NCBI GenBank assembly: GCA_963729785.1
Contig: CAVSPM010000029.1
Location: forward strand, 104,748 to 168,747
Direction of reading: 5' to 3'
Source of the DNA: an uncultured beta proteobacterium
GTDB taxonomy: Bacteria; Pseudomonadota; Gammaproteobacteria; Burkholderiales; Burkholderiaceae_F
Length of the DNA: 64,000 nt
Positions 8,564-21,008 of the stretch are shown piece by piece. The notes beneath the pieces are model-generated. The model was not told where the DNA came from. It saw only the letters and a list, made by a program, of their open reading frames with translations, and did not search any database. A program made the position numbers and the translations under genes. Positions within the stretch are counted from its first letter, which is position 1. Each line of letters begins with the position of its first letter.

Positions 8564-9255
8564 GCATGAGCAACAGCCAGATGGGGGTCGTACGGCGCAA
8601 TATCGCGCGTGTCGACCGGACGATCGTCGAGCAGCTTTCGGCTTTCGGCGTCGCTACGGTGCACGAGGCCATGGGCCGCGTTGGCCTGATGAAGCCGTAT
8701 CTGCGCCCGATCTACAGCGGCGCCCACGTATGCGGAACGGCCGTCACGGTCCTGCTCCACCCAGGCGACAACTGGATGCTGCACGTGGTTGCCGAGCAGA
8801 TCCAGCCGGGCGATGTCGTGGTCGCGGCGATCACCGCCGACTGCACCGACGGCTACTTCGGCGACTTGCTGGCCACGTCGTTCCAGGCGCGCGGCGCCAT
8901 GGGTCTGATCATCGACGGCGGCGTTCGCGACGTCAAGGACCTCACGGCCATGAAGTTCCCCGTTTGGAGCAAGGCGATCAGCGCCAAGGGTACGATCAAG
9001 GCAACGATCGGGTCGGTCAACATCCCGGTGGTGTGTGCCGGCGCCGCCGTCAACCCCGGCGACGTGATCGTCGCCGACGACGACGGCGTCGTAGTCGTTG
9101 CCGCCTCGGCGGCGCGCGAAGCGCTGGAAGCGGCGGCATTGCGCGAAGGCAATGAAGCCGAAAAGCGGCGCAAGCTGGCCGCCGGCGTGCTCGGCCTGGA
9201 CATGTACAGGATGCGTGAACCGCTGGAGCTGGCCGGGCTCAAATACATCGACTGA
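8560..9255 (+). CDS. ligK: 4-carboxy-4-hydroxy-2-oxoadipate aldolase / oxaloacetate decarboxylase
   Basis: [45 protein letters not shown]; overlaps the ligJ stop (ATGA). Confidence 0.95.
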   Translation: MSMSNSQMGVVRRNIARVDRTIVEQLSAFGVATVHEAMGRVGLMKPYLRPIYSGAHVCGTAVTVLLHPGDNWMLHVVAEQIQPGDVVVAAITADCTDGYFGDLLATSFQARGAMGLIIDGGVRDVKDLTAMKFPVWSKAISAKGTIKATIGSVNIPVVCAGAAVNPGDVIVADDDGVVVVAASAAREALEAAALREGNEAEKRRKLAAGVLGLDMYRMREPLELAGLKYID

Positions 9256-9269
9256 ATCGCACGCCCAAC

Positions 9270-10229
9270 ATGAAGACCGATCCGTTGCAGTGGACCGTCG
9301 GCCTGGTCGGCTACGGCGAGGTTGGCCGCATCCTGGCCGAAGACCTGCGCCAGGCCGGCGCCGCGGTGGCCGCCTACGACATCAAGCTCGACGCGTCCCG
9401 GTGCACCGTGCAGGGGGCCCGCGCCGCGGACCGGACGCTGCGCGAGCACGCCGTCCGTCACGGCGTCACACTGACCGATACGCACGCGGCGCTGGCAGCG
9501 TGCGCAGACCTCGTCATCAGCGCGGTCACGGCCAGTCAGGCTGTTGCGGCGGCCCAGGCCTGCGCGCCGGGGCTGCGGGCCGGCACGTGGATGCTGGATC
9601 TCAATTCAGCCTCACCGGCTGCCAAGCAGCGCGCTGCCGCGCTGGTCGAGGCTGCCGGCGGCCGCTTCGTCGAGGGAGCGGTGATGACCTCGGTGCCGCC
9701 TTATCGCATCGGCGTGCCGCTGCTGCTGGGCGGCCCGCATGCGGCCCAGCTGGCACCCCAGATCAACCGGCTGGGCTTTGCCGCCAAAATCGCCTCGGAC
9801 CGGCTCGGCGTGGCGGCTGCCACCAAGATGTGCCGATCGGTGATCATCAAGGGTATGGAATCGATGTTTCTCGAGAGCCTGATCGCCGCCCGGGCCTACG
9901 GCGTCGAGGAGCAGGTGCTCGCATCCCTCGCGGAGACCTTTCCCGGCATCGACTGGGATCGGCAGGCGAGCTACTTCTTCGAGCGCGTGATCCAGCATGG
10001 CCGCCGCCGCGCCGAGGAAATGGTCGAGGCCGCGGCCACGATCCGCGAGATGGGACTCGAGCCCTGGTCGGCCAGCGGCACGGCGCAGCGGCAGGCATGG
10101 ATCGCCGATTTGGCCGATGATGGGCTCTTCGGCGATCGGCCCGCAACCCGTGCCGGCGGCACTTGGCGCACGCCGGCCGATCGCATACTGGAAACCCTGG
10201 TTGCCGCGCCGCCGCCAGATGCCCCGTAA
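9270..10229 (+). CDS. NAD(P)-dependent oxidoreductase (3-hydroxyisobutyrate dehydrogenase-like, DUF1932 C-terminus)
   Basis: Rossmann GLVGYGEVG; DLNSASP; KMCRSVIIKGME; HGRRRAEEM. Confidence 0.85.
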   Translation: MKTDPLQWTVGLVGYGEVGRILAEDLRQAGAAVAAYDIKLDASRCTVQGARAADRTLREHAVRHGVTLTDTHAALAACADLVISAVTASQAVAAAQACAPGLRAGTWMLDLNSASPAAKQRAAALVEAAGGRFVEGAVMTSVPPYRIGVPLLLGGPHAAQLAPQINRLGFAAKIASDRLGVAAATKMCRSVIIKGMESMFLESLIAARAYGVEEQVLASLAETFPGIDWDRQASYFFERVIQHGRRRAEEMVEAAATIREMGLEPWSASGTAQRQAWIADLADDGLFGDRPATRAGGTWRTPADRILETLVAAPPPDAP

Positions 10230-10245
10230 ACCAGGAAAACCCGTC

Positions 10246-11177
10246 ATGAACAACAACGCATTTACGATGACGCCCGGCTGGCTTTGTTTCCACCCCAATC
10301 CCTCGGTGCCACGCTTTCGCGCACCCGCCGGCGCGGTCGACGCGCATTGCCACGTGTTCGGACCGGGCGCAAAGTTTCCGTACGCGCCGGAGCGCAAGTA
10401 CACGCCCTGCGACGCCACCTGCGAACAACTGTTCGCGCTGCGCGATCGCCTTGGCTTCGAGCGCAACGTCATCGTCCAGGCCACCTGCCACGGCGCCGAC
10501 AACCGCGCGCTGGTCGATGCCCTGCGCCGCTCCGCAGGGCATGGCGCGCGGGCGTCGCAACGGTGCAAGCGCAGCATCAGCGACGCAGGAACTGCAGGAG
10601 CTGCACGCGGCCGGGGTGCGCGGCGTGCGCTTCAACTTCGTCAAGCGCCTCGTGGACTTCACGCCCAAGCGAAGAGCTGCTCGAGATCGCCGCGGCGCAT
10701 CGCGCCGCTCGGCTGGCACGTGGTGATGTATTTCGAGGCGGTGGACCTGCCAGAGCTGTAGGACTTCTTCACGGCGCTGCCGACGATGGTGGTGGTCGAC
10801 CACATGGGTCGGCCCGACGTCACCAAGCCGGTCGACGGCCCGGAGTTCGAGCGCTTCTTGCGCCTGCATGCGCGACCACGCCAACGTCTGGTCCAAGGTC
10901 AGCTGCCCGGAGCGCCTGTCCGTGAGTGGCCCGCCCGCATTGGGCGAGGAGCGTTTGCCTACCGCGACGTCGTGCCATTTGCCCGCCGCCTCGTGGAGAC
11001 CTTCCCGGACCGCGTGCTCTGGGGCACCGACTGGCCGCATCCCAACCTCAAGGACCACATGCCCGACGATGGGCTGCTGGTCGACCACATCCCGCACATC
11101 GCGCCCACGGCGAGCTGGAGCACGAGCTGCTGGTCGACAATCCGCATCGCCTCTACTGGCCGGAAGAGGCGCGATGA
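10246..11177 (+). CDS. ligI: 2-pyrone-4,6-dicarboxylate hydrolase; multiple apparent frameshifts and one in-frame TAG
   Basis: Pieces across three frames: VDAHCHVFGP, VIVQATCHGADN, GVRGVRFNFVKRL, VVVDHMGRPDV, WSKVSCPERLS, VLWGTDWPHPN, LLVDNPHRLYW. Confidence 0.9.
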
Positions 11178-11204
11178 GCCGCGGTCGCGACGAGGAGGCG
11201 CTCG

Positions 11205-12465
<1,261 letters not shown>

Positions 12466-12489
12466 CGTGCGGCTGCATGGAGTACCAAG

Positions 12490-13443
12490 ATGAAAGTCGT
12501 CCTTGCTGGCGCCGGCGCCTTCGGCCAGAAGCACCTCGACGCGATCAAGGCCATCGGCGGCGTCGAGGTCGTATCGCTCGTGGGCCGCGAGCTCGACAAG
12601 ACGCGCGAAGTCGCCGAGAAGTACGGCATCGGGCACGTCAGACTGCAACTCGGCGAGGCGCTGGCGCGGCCGGGCGTGGACGCGGTGATCCTCTGCACGC
12701 CGACGCAGATGCATGCCGCGCAGGCGATCGAGTGCCTGCAGGGCCGGCAAGCACGTGCAGGTGGAAATTCCGCTCGCCGACAGCTGGGCCGATGCCGAGG
12801 CGGTGGCCGACCTGCAGGCGCAGACCGGTCTGGTCTGCCATGGTCGGGCATACGCGCCGCTTCAACCCGTCGCACCAGTGGCATCCACCGCCGGATCCTG
12901 GCCGGCGAATTCAAGCATCCAGCAGATGGACGTGCAGACCTACTTCTTCCGCCGCACCAACATGAACGCGCTCGGCCAGCCGCGCAGCTGGACCGACCAC
13001 CTGCTGTGGCACCACGCCGCCCACACGGTCGACCTGTTCGCTACCAGAGTGGCGGCGAGATCGTCCGGTCGCCCACGCGCTGCAGGGACCGTATCACCCG
13101 ACGCTGGGCATCGCCATGGACATGTCGATCCAGCTGAAGAGCGCGTCGGCGCGATCTGCACGCTGTCGCTGTCGTTCAACAACGATGGGCCGCTCGGCAC
13201 CTTTTTCCGCTACATCGGGGACAACGGCACCTACATCGCCCGCTACGACGACCTGTTCAACGGCAAGGAGGAGAAGATCGACGTATCCATGTCGACGTGT
13301 CGATGAACGGCATCGAGCTGCAGGACCGGGAGTTCTTCGCCGCGATCCGCGAAGGGCGGCGCGCCCAACGCGAGCGTGGCCAGGTGCTGCCGTGCTACCG
13401 GATGCTGGATCAACTCGAACTCCAGCTGCGCCCCGCCCCCTGA
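12490..13443 (+). CDS. ligC: 4-carboxy-2-hydroxymuconate-6-semialdehyde dehydrogenase (Gfo/Idh/MocA family; frameshifted)
   Basis: LAGAGAFGQKHL, ILCTPTQMHA, KHVQVEIPLAD, GHTRRFNPSHQW, FFRRTNMNALGQPRSWTDHLLWHHAAHTVDLF, LSFNNDGPLGTFFRYI. Confidence 0.9.
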
Positions 13444-13459
13444 GCCGTCGGGTGGCCCG

Positions 13460-14471
13460 ATGGCAAGCGTTGATTGCGGCGCCAAGCGCCGTATCGGTCG
13501 CTCCGGGTCGGCCCGATCGGCCTGGGTTGCATGAACCTGAGCCACGCCTACGGCGTGCCCCCGCCGCCGGTGGCAGGGGCAAGCGCTGCTGCGGCTGGCA
13601 CTGGAGCGGGCGTCGACTTACTTCGACACGGCAGCGCTCTATGGCTTCGGCGCCAACGAGGAGCTCGTCGGCGCGCGCCCTGGCGCCGCATCGCGCGTCG
13701 TTTGTCCTGGCAAGCAAGTGCGGCATGACCGGGGTCGAGGGCAAACGCGTCATCGACGGCAGGCCGGAGACGCTGCGGCGCACCTGCGACGAGGCGCTTG
13801 CGGCGACTGGGCACCGAGGTCATCGAACTGTACTACCTGCATCGCTGGGACAAGAGCGTGCCGATCGAGGACAGCGTTGGCGCGATGGCCGATCTGGTAC
13901 GGCCGGCAACGTCCGCGCGATCGGCCTGTCGGAGGTGTCGGCCGTCACACTGCGCCGCGCACACGCGCGTGCACCCGATCGCCGCCGTGCAGAGCGAGTA
14001 CTCGTTGTGGACACGCAACCCGGAGATCGCCCTGCTCCATGCGTGTGCCGAGCTGGACGTCGCCCTGGTTGCCTTCAGCCCGCTCGGGCGCGGTTTTTCG
14101 GCGGGAACCCGGATGACGTCGCCAAGCTCGACGCCAAGGACATCCGGCGAACGATGCCGCGCTTCGCACCGGACAATTTCGCCGCGAATCGCAGGCTGTT
14201 CGATGCCTACGCGGGTTTGGCCGCCGAGGCCGGTTGCACGCCCGCGCAGCTGGCGCTGGCCTGGCTGCTGGCACGCGATGCCCGGATTGTGCCCATTCCG
14301 GGCACGACCTGCGCGACCCACTTGCTCGAAAACCTCGGCGCGGCACGGGTGCCCTTGGGTTCGGCGCTCATCGACCGGCTGGACGAGCTGCTGCGCCCGG
14401 GCAGCGTGCGCGGTGCGCGCTACAACGAGCAGACGCTGCGCGAAGTCGATTCCGAGGCGTTTGAGCAATGA
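13460..14471 (+). CDS. Aldo/keto reductase (frameshifted; start approximate)
   Basis: IGLGCMNLSHAYG, LASKCG, LYYLHRWD, IGLSEVS, AVQSEYSLWTRNPE, AFSPLGRG, PIPGTT. Confidence 0.85.
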
Positions 14472-14951
14472 GCCGGCGCACGCTTGCCGCAGCTCGCGGG
14501 CTTCCCGTACCGACGATCCCGACGCGTACCCGACTCCAGGTTCCGGCGCACCGACCGGTGCCGCCGATCGCGGCGGTGGCGCAGATTCCAGATCATGGGC
14601 CTCGGCAACGGCGAACAGTCGATCGCTAGCGCGCGGTTGGCGATATCGCGCAGCGCGCCTGGCGCGGCAAGCGGCCGTGTGGCGCACAAGATCGGCCAGG
14701 CCCAACTCGGCAACGGTCAAAAAAGTTGGCGCGCGGCTTCCCAGAGCGCGCGCCGCACTGCCTTCCTGATCGAGCCTTCCCCTAGCACCGCCAAGAGCGG
14801 CGACCGTAGGCGCTGGTGCAGCTGGGATGGTTCGATTTTTTCCTGGGTAAATTTTGCAACCGCACATGGACTCGACGAACGGAAGGGCCGAGAATCGCTT
14901 CGGCGGGAAGTTCCCGCACCGCAAGAGAAACGACACGACAAGGACACCAAG

Positions 14952-15299
14952 ATGGGCGGAACCAAGCGCGACATCCCCGGCACCCATATCTTCGACGGCG
15001 AGGCGGCTCGCAAGGGCTACGCGCTCAACAAGATGTGCTACTCGTTCAACGACGCCGGCAACCGCGAGGAATTCCGGCGCGACGAAGGCGCTTACTGCAG
15101 CAAGTACGGTCTTAACGAAGAACAGCGCCGCGCCATCGAGAACCGCAACGTGCTCCAGCTCATCGCCGCCGGCGGCAATGTCTATTACCTGGCCAAGTTC
15201 GCCGGCATCTTCGGTCTCGACGTGCAGGATCTGGGCGCGCAGCAGACCGGCATGACCAAGGAAGCGTTCAAGGCCAAGCTGGCCGCGGCCGGGAGGTAG
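14952..15299 (+). CDS. Second LigA-family extradiol dioxygenase small subunit (gallate dioxygenase-like)
   Basis: DIPGTHIFDGEAARKGYALNKMCYSFN...AAGGNVYYLAKFAG...GAQQTGMT; RBS AAGGA; intact 115 aa. Confidence 0.85.
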   Translation: MGGTKRDIPGTHIFDGEAARKGYALNKMCYSFNDAGNREEFRRDEGAYCSKYGLNEEQRRAIENRNVLQLIAAGGNVYYLAKFAGIFGLDVQDLGAQQTGMTKEAFKAKLAAAGR

Positions 15300-15303
15300 C
15301 GCC

Positions 15304-16143
15304 ATGGCCAAAATCGTCGGCGGCATCGCCGTTTCGCACGTCCCGGCCATCGGTAACGCGATCGCCAAACAACTGCAGCAGGATCCGTACTGGAAGCCAT
15401 TTTTCGACGGGTTTCCCCCCGTGCGCCGGTGGCTGGACAAGGCGCGTCCGGACGTCGTGGTGGTGTTCTACAACGACCATGGCCTCAACTTCTTTCTCGA
15501 CAAGCAGCCCACCTTCGCCGTTGGCGCAGCGCCGCAGTATGTAAATGCCGACGAAGGCTGGGGTATCCCCTCGCTGCCGCCGTTTCGCGGTGACCCGGAG
15601 TTATCGTGGCACCTCATCAATGAGCTCGTACATCGCGATTTCGACCTGACGACATGCCAGGAGATGCTGGTCGACCATGCCTTCACGCTGCCGCTCAAGC
15701 TGCTCTGGCCCCAGGAGGGAACTCCACCCGTGCGCACGGTGCCGATCTGCATCAACACCGTGCAACACCCGCTGCCTTCGGCGCGGCGTTGCCTGCATCT
15801 GGGCCAAGCCGTCGGCCAGGCCATCGAGGCCTGGGACCAGGATCTGCGCGTCGTCGTCCTGGGCACCGGGGGCCTGTCGCATCAGCTCGACGGCGAACGC
15901 GCAGGTTTCGTCAACAAGGAGTTCGACCTCGAGTTTGTGCAAAGCCTGAGCCAGGACCCGGCATGGGCGACGAAGTATTCAATCGAGGAGCTCGTCGAGC
16001 TGACCGGCACGCAGGGTGTGGAATTGCTGATGTGGTTGGCCATGCGCGGCGCCTTGCACGGGCGTGTGCGGCAAGAGTCCTTCAACTACCACATCCCCAT
16101 CTCCAATACCGCCGCGGGGCTGTTGGTGCTGGAAAACGCGTGA
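15304..16143 (+). CDS. Second LigB-family class III extradiol dioxygenase catalytic subunit (gallate dioxygenase-like)
   Basis: GGIAVSHVPAIG, FYNDHGLNFFLD, DHAFTLP, GTGGLSHQLDGERAGF, GTQGVELLMW, YHIPISNTA. Confidence 0.88.
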   Translation: MAKIVGGIAVSHVPAIGNAIAKQLQQDPYWKPFFDGFPPVRRWLDKARPDVVVVFYNDHGLNFFLDKQPTFAVGAAPQYVNADEGWGIPSLPPFRGDPELSWHLINELVHRDFDLTTCQEMLVDHAFTLPLKLLWPQEGTPPVRTVPICINTVQHPLPSARRCLHLGQAVGQAIEAWDQDLRVVVLGTGGLSHQLDGERAGFVNKEFDLEFVQSLSQDPAWATKYSIEELVELTGTQGVELLMWLAMRGALHGRVRQESFNYHIPISNTAAGLLVLENA

Positions 16144-16201
16144 CGCTGGCCCCCGCCGGAGCCTTGCTGCCCGCGGCGCGAAGCCGGCCCGATGCCCGAC
16201 G

Positions 16202-16567
16202 CTAGCTGTGCGGCTTTTCCGCCAATTTGCGGCGCCGAATCTCGCACACTGCCGCGAACAGTTGGTCCGGCGGCCTGTCGCCTCGCTCAAATGCGTAGAT
16301 CTGCGGAATTCCGTGCTCGGCGACCTTGTCCAGCACACGGATGCTGCCGATGCCGTCGCCGCAGTCCGACGCCAGGATCGCGATCTGCTTGCGCTCTCCT
16401 TGCACCGATACGGACGCCGTGATGACGGTGGGGGTCTCCGTGCCGATGACGACAGACTCGCCAACCAGCGTTGCCTGCCCTTGCTCGATGTACGTTTCAG
16501 TTGACGGCGCGCTAATGGCGCAGCCAAAGAGGCACAGGCAAACCGCGGCGGCACCGAGCGCGTGCAT
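16202..16567 (-). CDS. Hypothetical lipoprotein
   Basis: MHALGAAAVCLCLFGC lipobox-like N-terminus; about 121 aa; no family recognised. Confidence 0.55.
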   Translation of the reverse strand: MHALGAAAVCLCLFGCAISAPSTETYIEQGQATLVGESVVIGTETPTVITASVSVQGERKQIAILASDCGDGIGSIRVLDKVAEHGIPQIYAFERGDRPPDQLFAAVCEIRRRKLAEKPHS

Positions 16568-16950
16568 CTTTGCCAAACTCAAACTCCTTTGCGTTCGCGG
16601 CAGGCCTGAATGGCGCGCCGGCCTGGCAAGAAGGTTATACCAACTAGCGCCAGCCGCGCTTGGTCCGGCGCCTCGATGTCAGCCGGCCGTCCGGACCGGC
16701 GCCCGCGTTGCGGGTCGCGCCCGTGAAGTGCACCGACGCCGCCACGGGGAGGTTGCAGGTTGATGCGGATTCCGCCGAGGAGCACGTACGCAAGGGCAGG
16801 CGGCTGCAACCGGGCAGGCAAGTGGTCCGGCCCATGGAATCGGCCCGGCGAAGATGCCGAGAGCGCGCATCGGCGCTGCGCCGATTCGGCCGGTTTTGCG
16901 CTAGGCTGCGACTCCGCCACCTGCGGGTGGAACCCCAACCCGAGTCTGCC

Positions 16951-17920
16951 ATGGTGCCCATACGGCTGCGCGCGATCCGGCTGGTGGCCTTTATCGCGCT
17001 GTCCCTCGCGCTGCTCCCGGCAGCCCGCGCCGACTGCAAGCAGTGGGCCGACGCGCCCCGGCCGTCGTCGCAGGCGGTCCAAGCCGCCCTGCGCGACGCG
17101 CAGGATCACGGCTACCTGTGGCGTATCCACAAGGAGGGCCGCACTTCCTACCTGTATCGGCACGATCCACGTCGGGCGACTCGCATCGATGTTTCCCGGC
17201 CCGCGCGTAATGCAGGCCCTGCGCGCGTCCGACGCCCTTGCCCTGGAACTCGATCCGCTTGACCCGCGAGTGCAGTCGCGCTTGGCCACGGAGCTTGCAG
17301 CCATGCCGCGCGCGCCGCTTCCCGAGGCGCTGCAGCGGCGCGTGCGACAGGCGGCCGACCGGTTGTGCGTACCGTACGAAGCGCTGGCGGCGTATGCGCC
17401 GGAGATGCAGGCCGTGACGCTGGGCGCGATGGCGGGCCGGCCGGAACAATTGGAGGCCCAGTACGGCGCCGATGTCGGGCTGGCGCTTGTCGGCCACCAG
17501 GATGGCAAGCCGATCATTTCGCTTGAGACACCCGAGTCACAGGTGCAGGCGCTAAGCCTGCATGAGGCCAAGGATGCGGTCGCGTTTGTCGAGGTGAGCC
17601 TGGACGAGATCGAACCCGGACGCGCGACGGCTTTGCTCGGCCGCATGTCCCGCGCCTGGCTCAACGGCGACTACCAGGAATTGGAGCACTACGCTGACTG
17701 GTGCCAGTGCCTGGGCACGCCGATCGAACGCGCCGTGATGCAGCGCCTGCTGGACGATCGCAATCCGGGATTGGCCGATTCCATTGACCGCCTGCACCAA
17801 ACGGGGCAGCAGGTTTTTGCTGCCACCGGCAGCCTGCACCTGTTCGGGCCCAATGGCCTGCCCGCCCTGCTGGCAAGGCGTGGCTACCGCGTCGAGCGGG
17901 TCGACCTGTCAGCCCGCTGA
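16951..17920 (+). CDS. TraB/GumN family protein (one apparent frameshift near 17160)
   Basis: Signal peptide, then GYLWRIHKEGRTSYLY / GTIHVG, ALALELDP, SLETPESQ, LLDDRN, FAATGSLHLFGPNGLPALL. Confidence 0.85.
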
Positions 17921-18405
17921 ACCCGGCGGACGCAGCCAGCGCCGCACGGCCGCCGATCCGCCCGGCGATCCGGGATGCCCGGGTTTGCGCCGCGGGGCGG
18001 GCGGCCCGTACGGTGCAAGCGCCAGGGCCGGATTCGGCGCCCACGGTCCGGAGATCGGCACCGGCGGGGTGAACTTTCGGCCAGCGATCGAAAAATCATC
18101 CGGGTGGACGCGCCGTTGCCGGCGGGTTGGGACGGGGCCGTTTGCGCACCGGCGAGCACCGGGGCAAAGCCCCGGGGCGACCGGCTCATGGCGCCTTGCC
18201 AGATGCCGCGGCACGCCCCGCCGTCTCCTCTTGTCCATGTTGCGGAAAACCCGGTTGATTCCCGGGACCGGGGCCCCGCTGGTTCTGAAATACTGTTCAA
18301 GACAAGGCACGATCGTGCCGAAATCGAGGATAGGCGGCGCCCTTTGGGCTGTTGGCGAACTGCATCGGCGTCTTACCGCAACAACAGAAATGGCTGGGCG
18401 TATAC

Positions 18406-19419
18406 ATGTATGAAGAAGACCCACGCGATGTGACCATCCTGAAGGCGCTGCTGCCGCTGATGTCCCGACACGCGGCCGGCTACCATCCGATCAGCTATTC
18501 GGTTTGGTATGAGTACGCCAAGGGCGAACGACCTTCGCTGCGTCACAGCATCGACGCCGAGCTCAAGAGCCAGGGGCGCCTGACTCCTGCGCTGACATAT
18601 TCTCTGTATTCCAAGCACTTGGTCGAGCCGACCGAACAGGCCCTGGTCACGGCCCGCGCCAATCTGTCCGGCCTGATGGACAAGGTTCGAACGGCGGTGC
18701 ACGAAGCCGGGTCGGGTACCTCGGAATTCGATACCCGTTTGGGCGAATTTCAGCGCAGCCTGAGCGACGCGTCCACGGTGCAAGACATGCAGGCGCAGGT
18801 CTCCACCATGGTCTCGGCCACGCAGCGGGCCAGCAACAGCATCGGCCGCTTGAACACGGAACTCGTGCAGAGCCAGGAGCAGGTCAAGAACCTTACCGAA
18901 GAGCTGGACCGGCTTCGTCAGGACGCCCTTCTCGACGCCCTCTCGGGTCTGATGAACCGACGCGGGCTGGACCGCGAACTCGATCGCATATTGGTCAACG
19001 GCAAACCAGAAGGCCCGCTCAGTGTCATTTCCTTTGACATCGACCTCTTCAGGAATGTCAACGAGAAATACGGCCATCCGCTGGGTGACGCGGTGATCGC
19101 CTCGGTGGGTCGGCTGATCCGCGACTGCTTGGGTCAGGTCGGATTTGCCGCGCGATCCAGCGGCGAAGAGTTTCTCGTTGCCTTGCCCGCGCAGCGTATC
19201 GAGAAGGCCACGGAAATGGCCCAGTCGATCCGTGCGCGCGTGGAAAAGGGCAAGATCCGCCGGCGCCAAACCGACGAACCGATCGCCGGCATCACGATCT
19301 CGGCGGGCGTTGCCAGCTGGCGCGACGGCGATCGCATCGAAACCCTGCTCGAACGCGCCGATCGGGCGCTCAAAGCGTCCAAGGAAAATGGGCGCAACCG
19401 GGTGACGGTCGAAGCCTAA
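18406..19419 (+). CDS. GGDEF-domain protein (diguanylate cyclase-like, coiled-coil N-terminus, SGEEF variant site)
   Basis: DALSGLMNRRG, FDIDLFRNVNEKYGHPLGD, ARSSGEEF, ITISAGVA, ADRAL..SKENGRNRV. Confidence 0.9.
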   Translation: MYEEDPRDVTILKALLPLMSRHAAGYHPISYSVWYEYAKGERPSLRHSIDAELKSQGRLTPALTYSLYSKHLVEPTEQALVTARANLSGLMDKVRTAVHEAGSGTSEFDTRLGEFQRSLSDASTVQDMQAQVSTMVSATQRASNSIGRLNTELVQSQEQVKNLTEELDRLRQDALLDALSGLMNRRGLDRELDRILVNGKPEGPLSVISFDIDLFRNVNEKYGHPLGDAVIASVGRLIRDCLGQVGFAARSSGEEFLVALPAQRIEKATEMAQSIRARVEKGKIRRRQTDEPIAGITISAGVASWRDGDRIETLLERADRALKASKENGRNRVTVEA

Positions 19420-19608
19420 CGTTAGGCCGAGCCGACGCCTTGCAATGAGGCGCCGGCCCCCCACGCGCGAGTTCTGCAACTCGACTCTTTCGGTCCGGCC
19501 CCTCCCGCAACACAGGTTTGAATCCGCGCGCCGGCATGCGTTGGCGCGGCCGGTTTTGCCTTGGTGCTATTTTCTGCCGCTGATCGATGTACCGGAAGGA
19601 TAGACACG

Positions 19609-20719
19609 ATGGACGTGCGCGCGGCAGTGGCCTGGCAAGCAGGCAAACCCTTGAGCGTCGAGACCGTGCAACTTGCGGGCCCAAGGGAAGGAGAGGTGCT
19701 GGTCGAAATCAAGGCGACCGGCATCTGCCATACCGACAAGTTCACGCTTTCGGGCGCGGATCCCGAGGGCTTGTTTCCCGTCATCCTGGGTCACGAAGGC
19801 GCGGGCATCGTGGTCGAAGTCGGCCGCGGCGTCACCGGGCTGCGCAGCGGCGATCATGTCATCCCCCTTTACACGCCCGAATGCCGCCAGTGCAAGTCTT
19901 GCCTTTCGGGCAAGACCAATCTTTGCACCGCGATCCGCACGACCCAGGGCAAGGGCGTCCTGCCCGATGGCACGAGCCGCTTCTCCATCGACGGCAAGCC
20001 CTTGCTGCACTACATGGGATGCTCGACGTTTGCCAACTACACGGTGCTGCCCGAAATTGCTCTGGCCAAGGTGCGCGAGGACGCGCCCTTCGACAAGATC
20101 TGTTACATCGGCTGCGGCGTGACCACCGGCATCGGTGCGGTGATCTACACCGCCAAGGTCGAACCGGGCGCCAACGTCGTCGTGTTCGGCCTGGGCGGCA
20201 TCGGCCTGAACGTCGTGCAGGGCGCGCGCTTGGCCGGCGCCGACAAGATTGTCGGGGTCGACCTGAACCCTGGCCGCGAAGCGTTGGCGCGCAAATTCGG
20301 CCTGACCCACTTCGTTCATTGCGCAGGACCACGGCAAGGATCTGGTCGCGCACCTGGTCGAGCTCACCGGCGGCGGTGCCGACTACAGCTTCGAGTGCAT
20401 CGGCAACACCGAGGTGATGCGCCAGGCACTGGAATGCTGCCACCGCGGCTGGGGCGTATCCGTGATCATTGGCGTGGCCGGCGCGGGACAGGAGATCGCC
20501 ACCCGGCCGTTCCAGCTTGTCACCGGCCGCGTCTGGAAGGGTTCGGCCTTCGGCGGTGCGCGCGGCCGGCGCGACGTGCCGAAGATCGTCGACTGGTACA
20601 TGGAGGGAAAGATCAACATCGACGACCTGATCACGCATATCCTGCCGCTGGAGCGCATCAACGATGGCTTCGAACTGATGGCGCGCGGCGAGTCGATCCG
20701 CAGCGTCGTCGTTTACTGA
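19609..20719 (+). CDS. frmA: S-(hydroxymethyl)glutathione dehydrogenase / class III alcohol dehydrogenase (apparent frameshift near 20320-20340)
   Basis: GICHTD, GHEGAG, Zn motif [45 protein letters not shown]. Confidence 0.93.
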
Positions 20720-21008
20720 TGCTCGCGGCGCACCGGCGCGTGCGGTGGCGCCAAGCCGATACGTTGGCTAGCGCACGAACCACCAAGTGCAGCGCCGGAC
20801 GCCTGCCGCGGACGGGGGCCCGACGGCGCGTGCCGCGGTCGGCGTGCGGCGGGCCGTGTCAACTTCGCCCAGCAGAGGGACACGGGAGCGACTCGCGCCG
20901 AAGCCTCTGCCGGCGCCGGCTTGACGTGGCGGCGTTTGCGCCGATAAATCCCGTCGTTGACCAGGGACGTCAAGGCCAGGTCGCATCGGTGGACCTACAA
21001 TCGACTTC

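Noticed and set aside
17921-18290. PAS-like RVHPDD fragment on the minus strand
   Set aside because: A six-residue match with no surrounding similarity; not enough to call a remnant.
18305-18320. Sigma-54 promoter at GGCACGATCGTGC
   Set aside because: The GG-to-GC spacing is one base short of the strict -24/-12 requirement.
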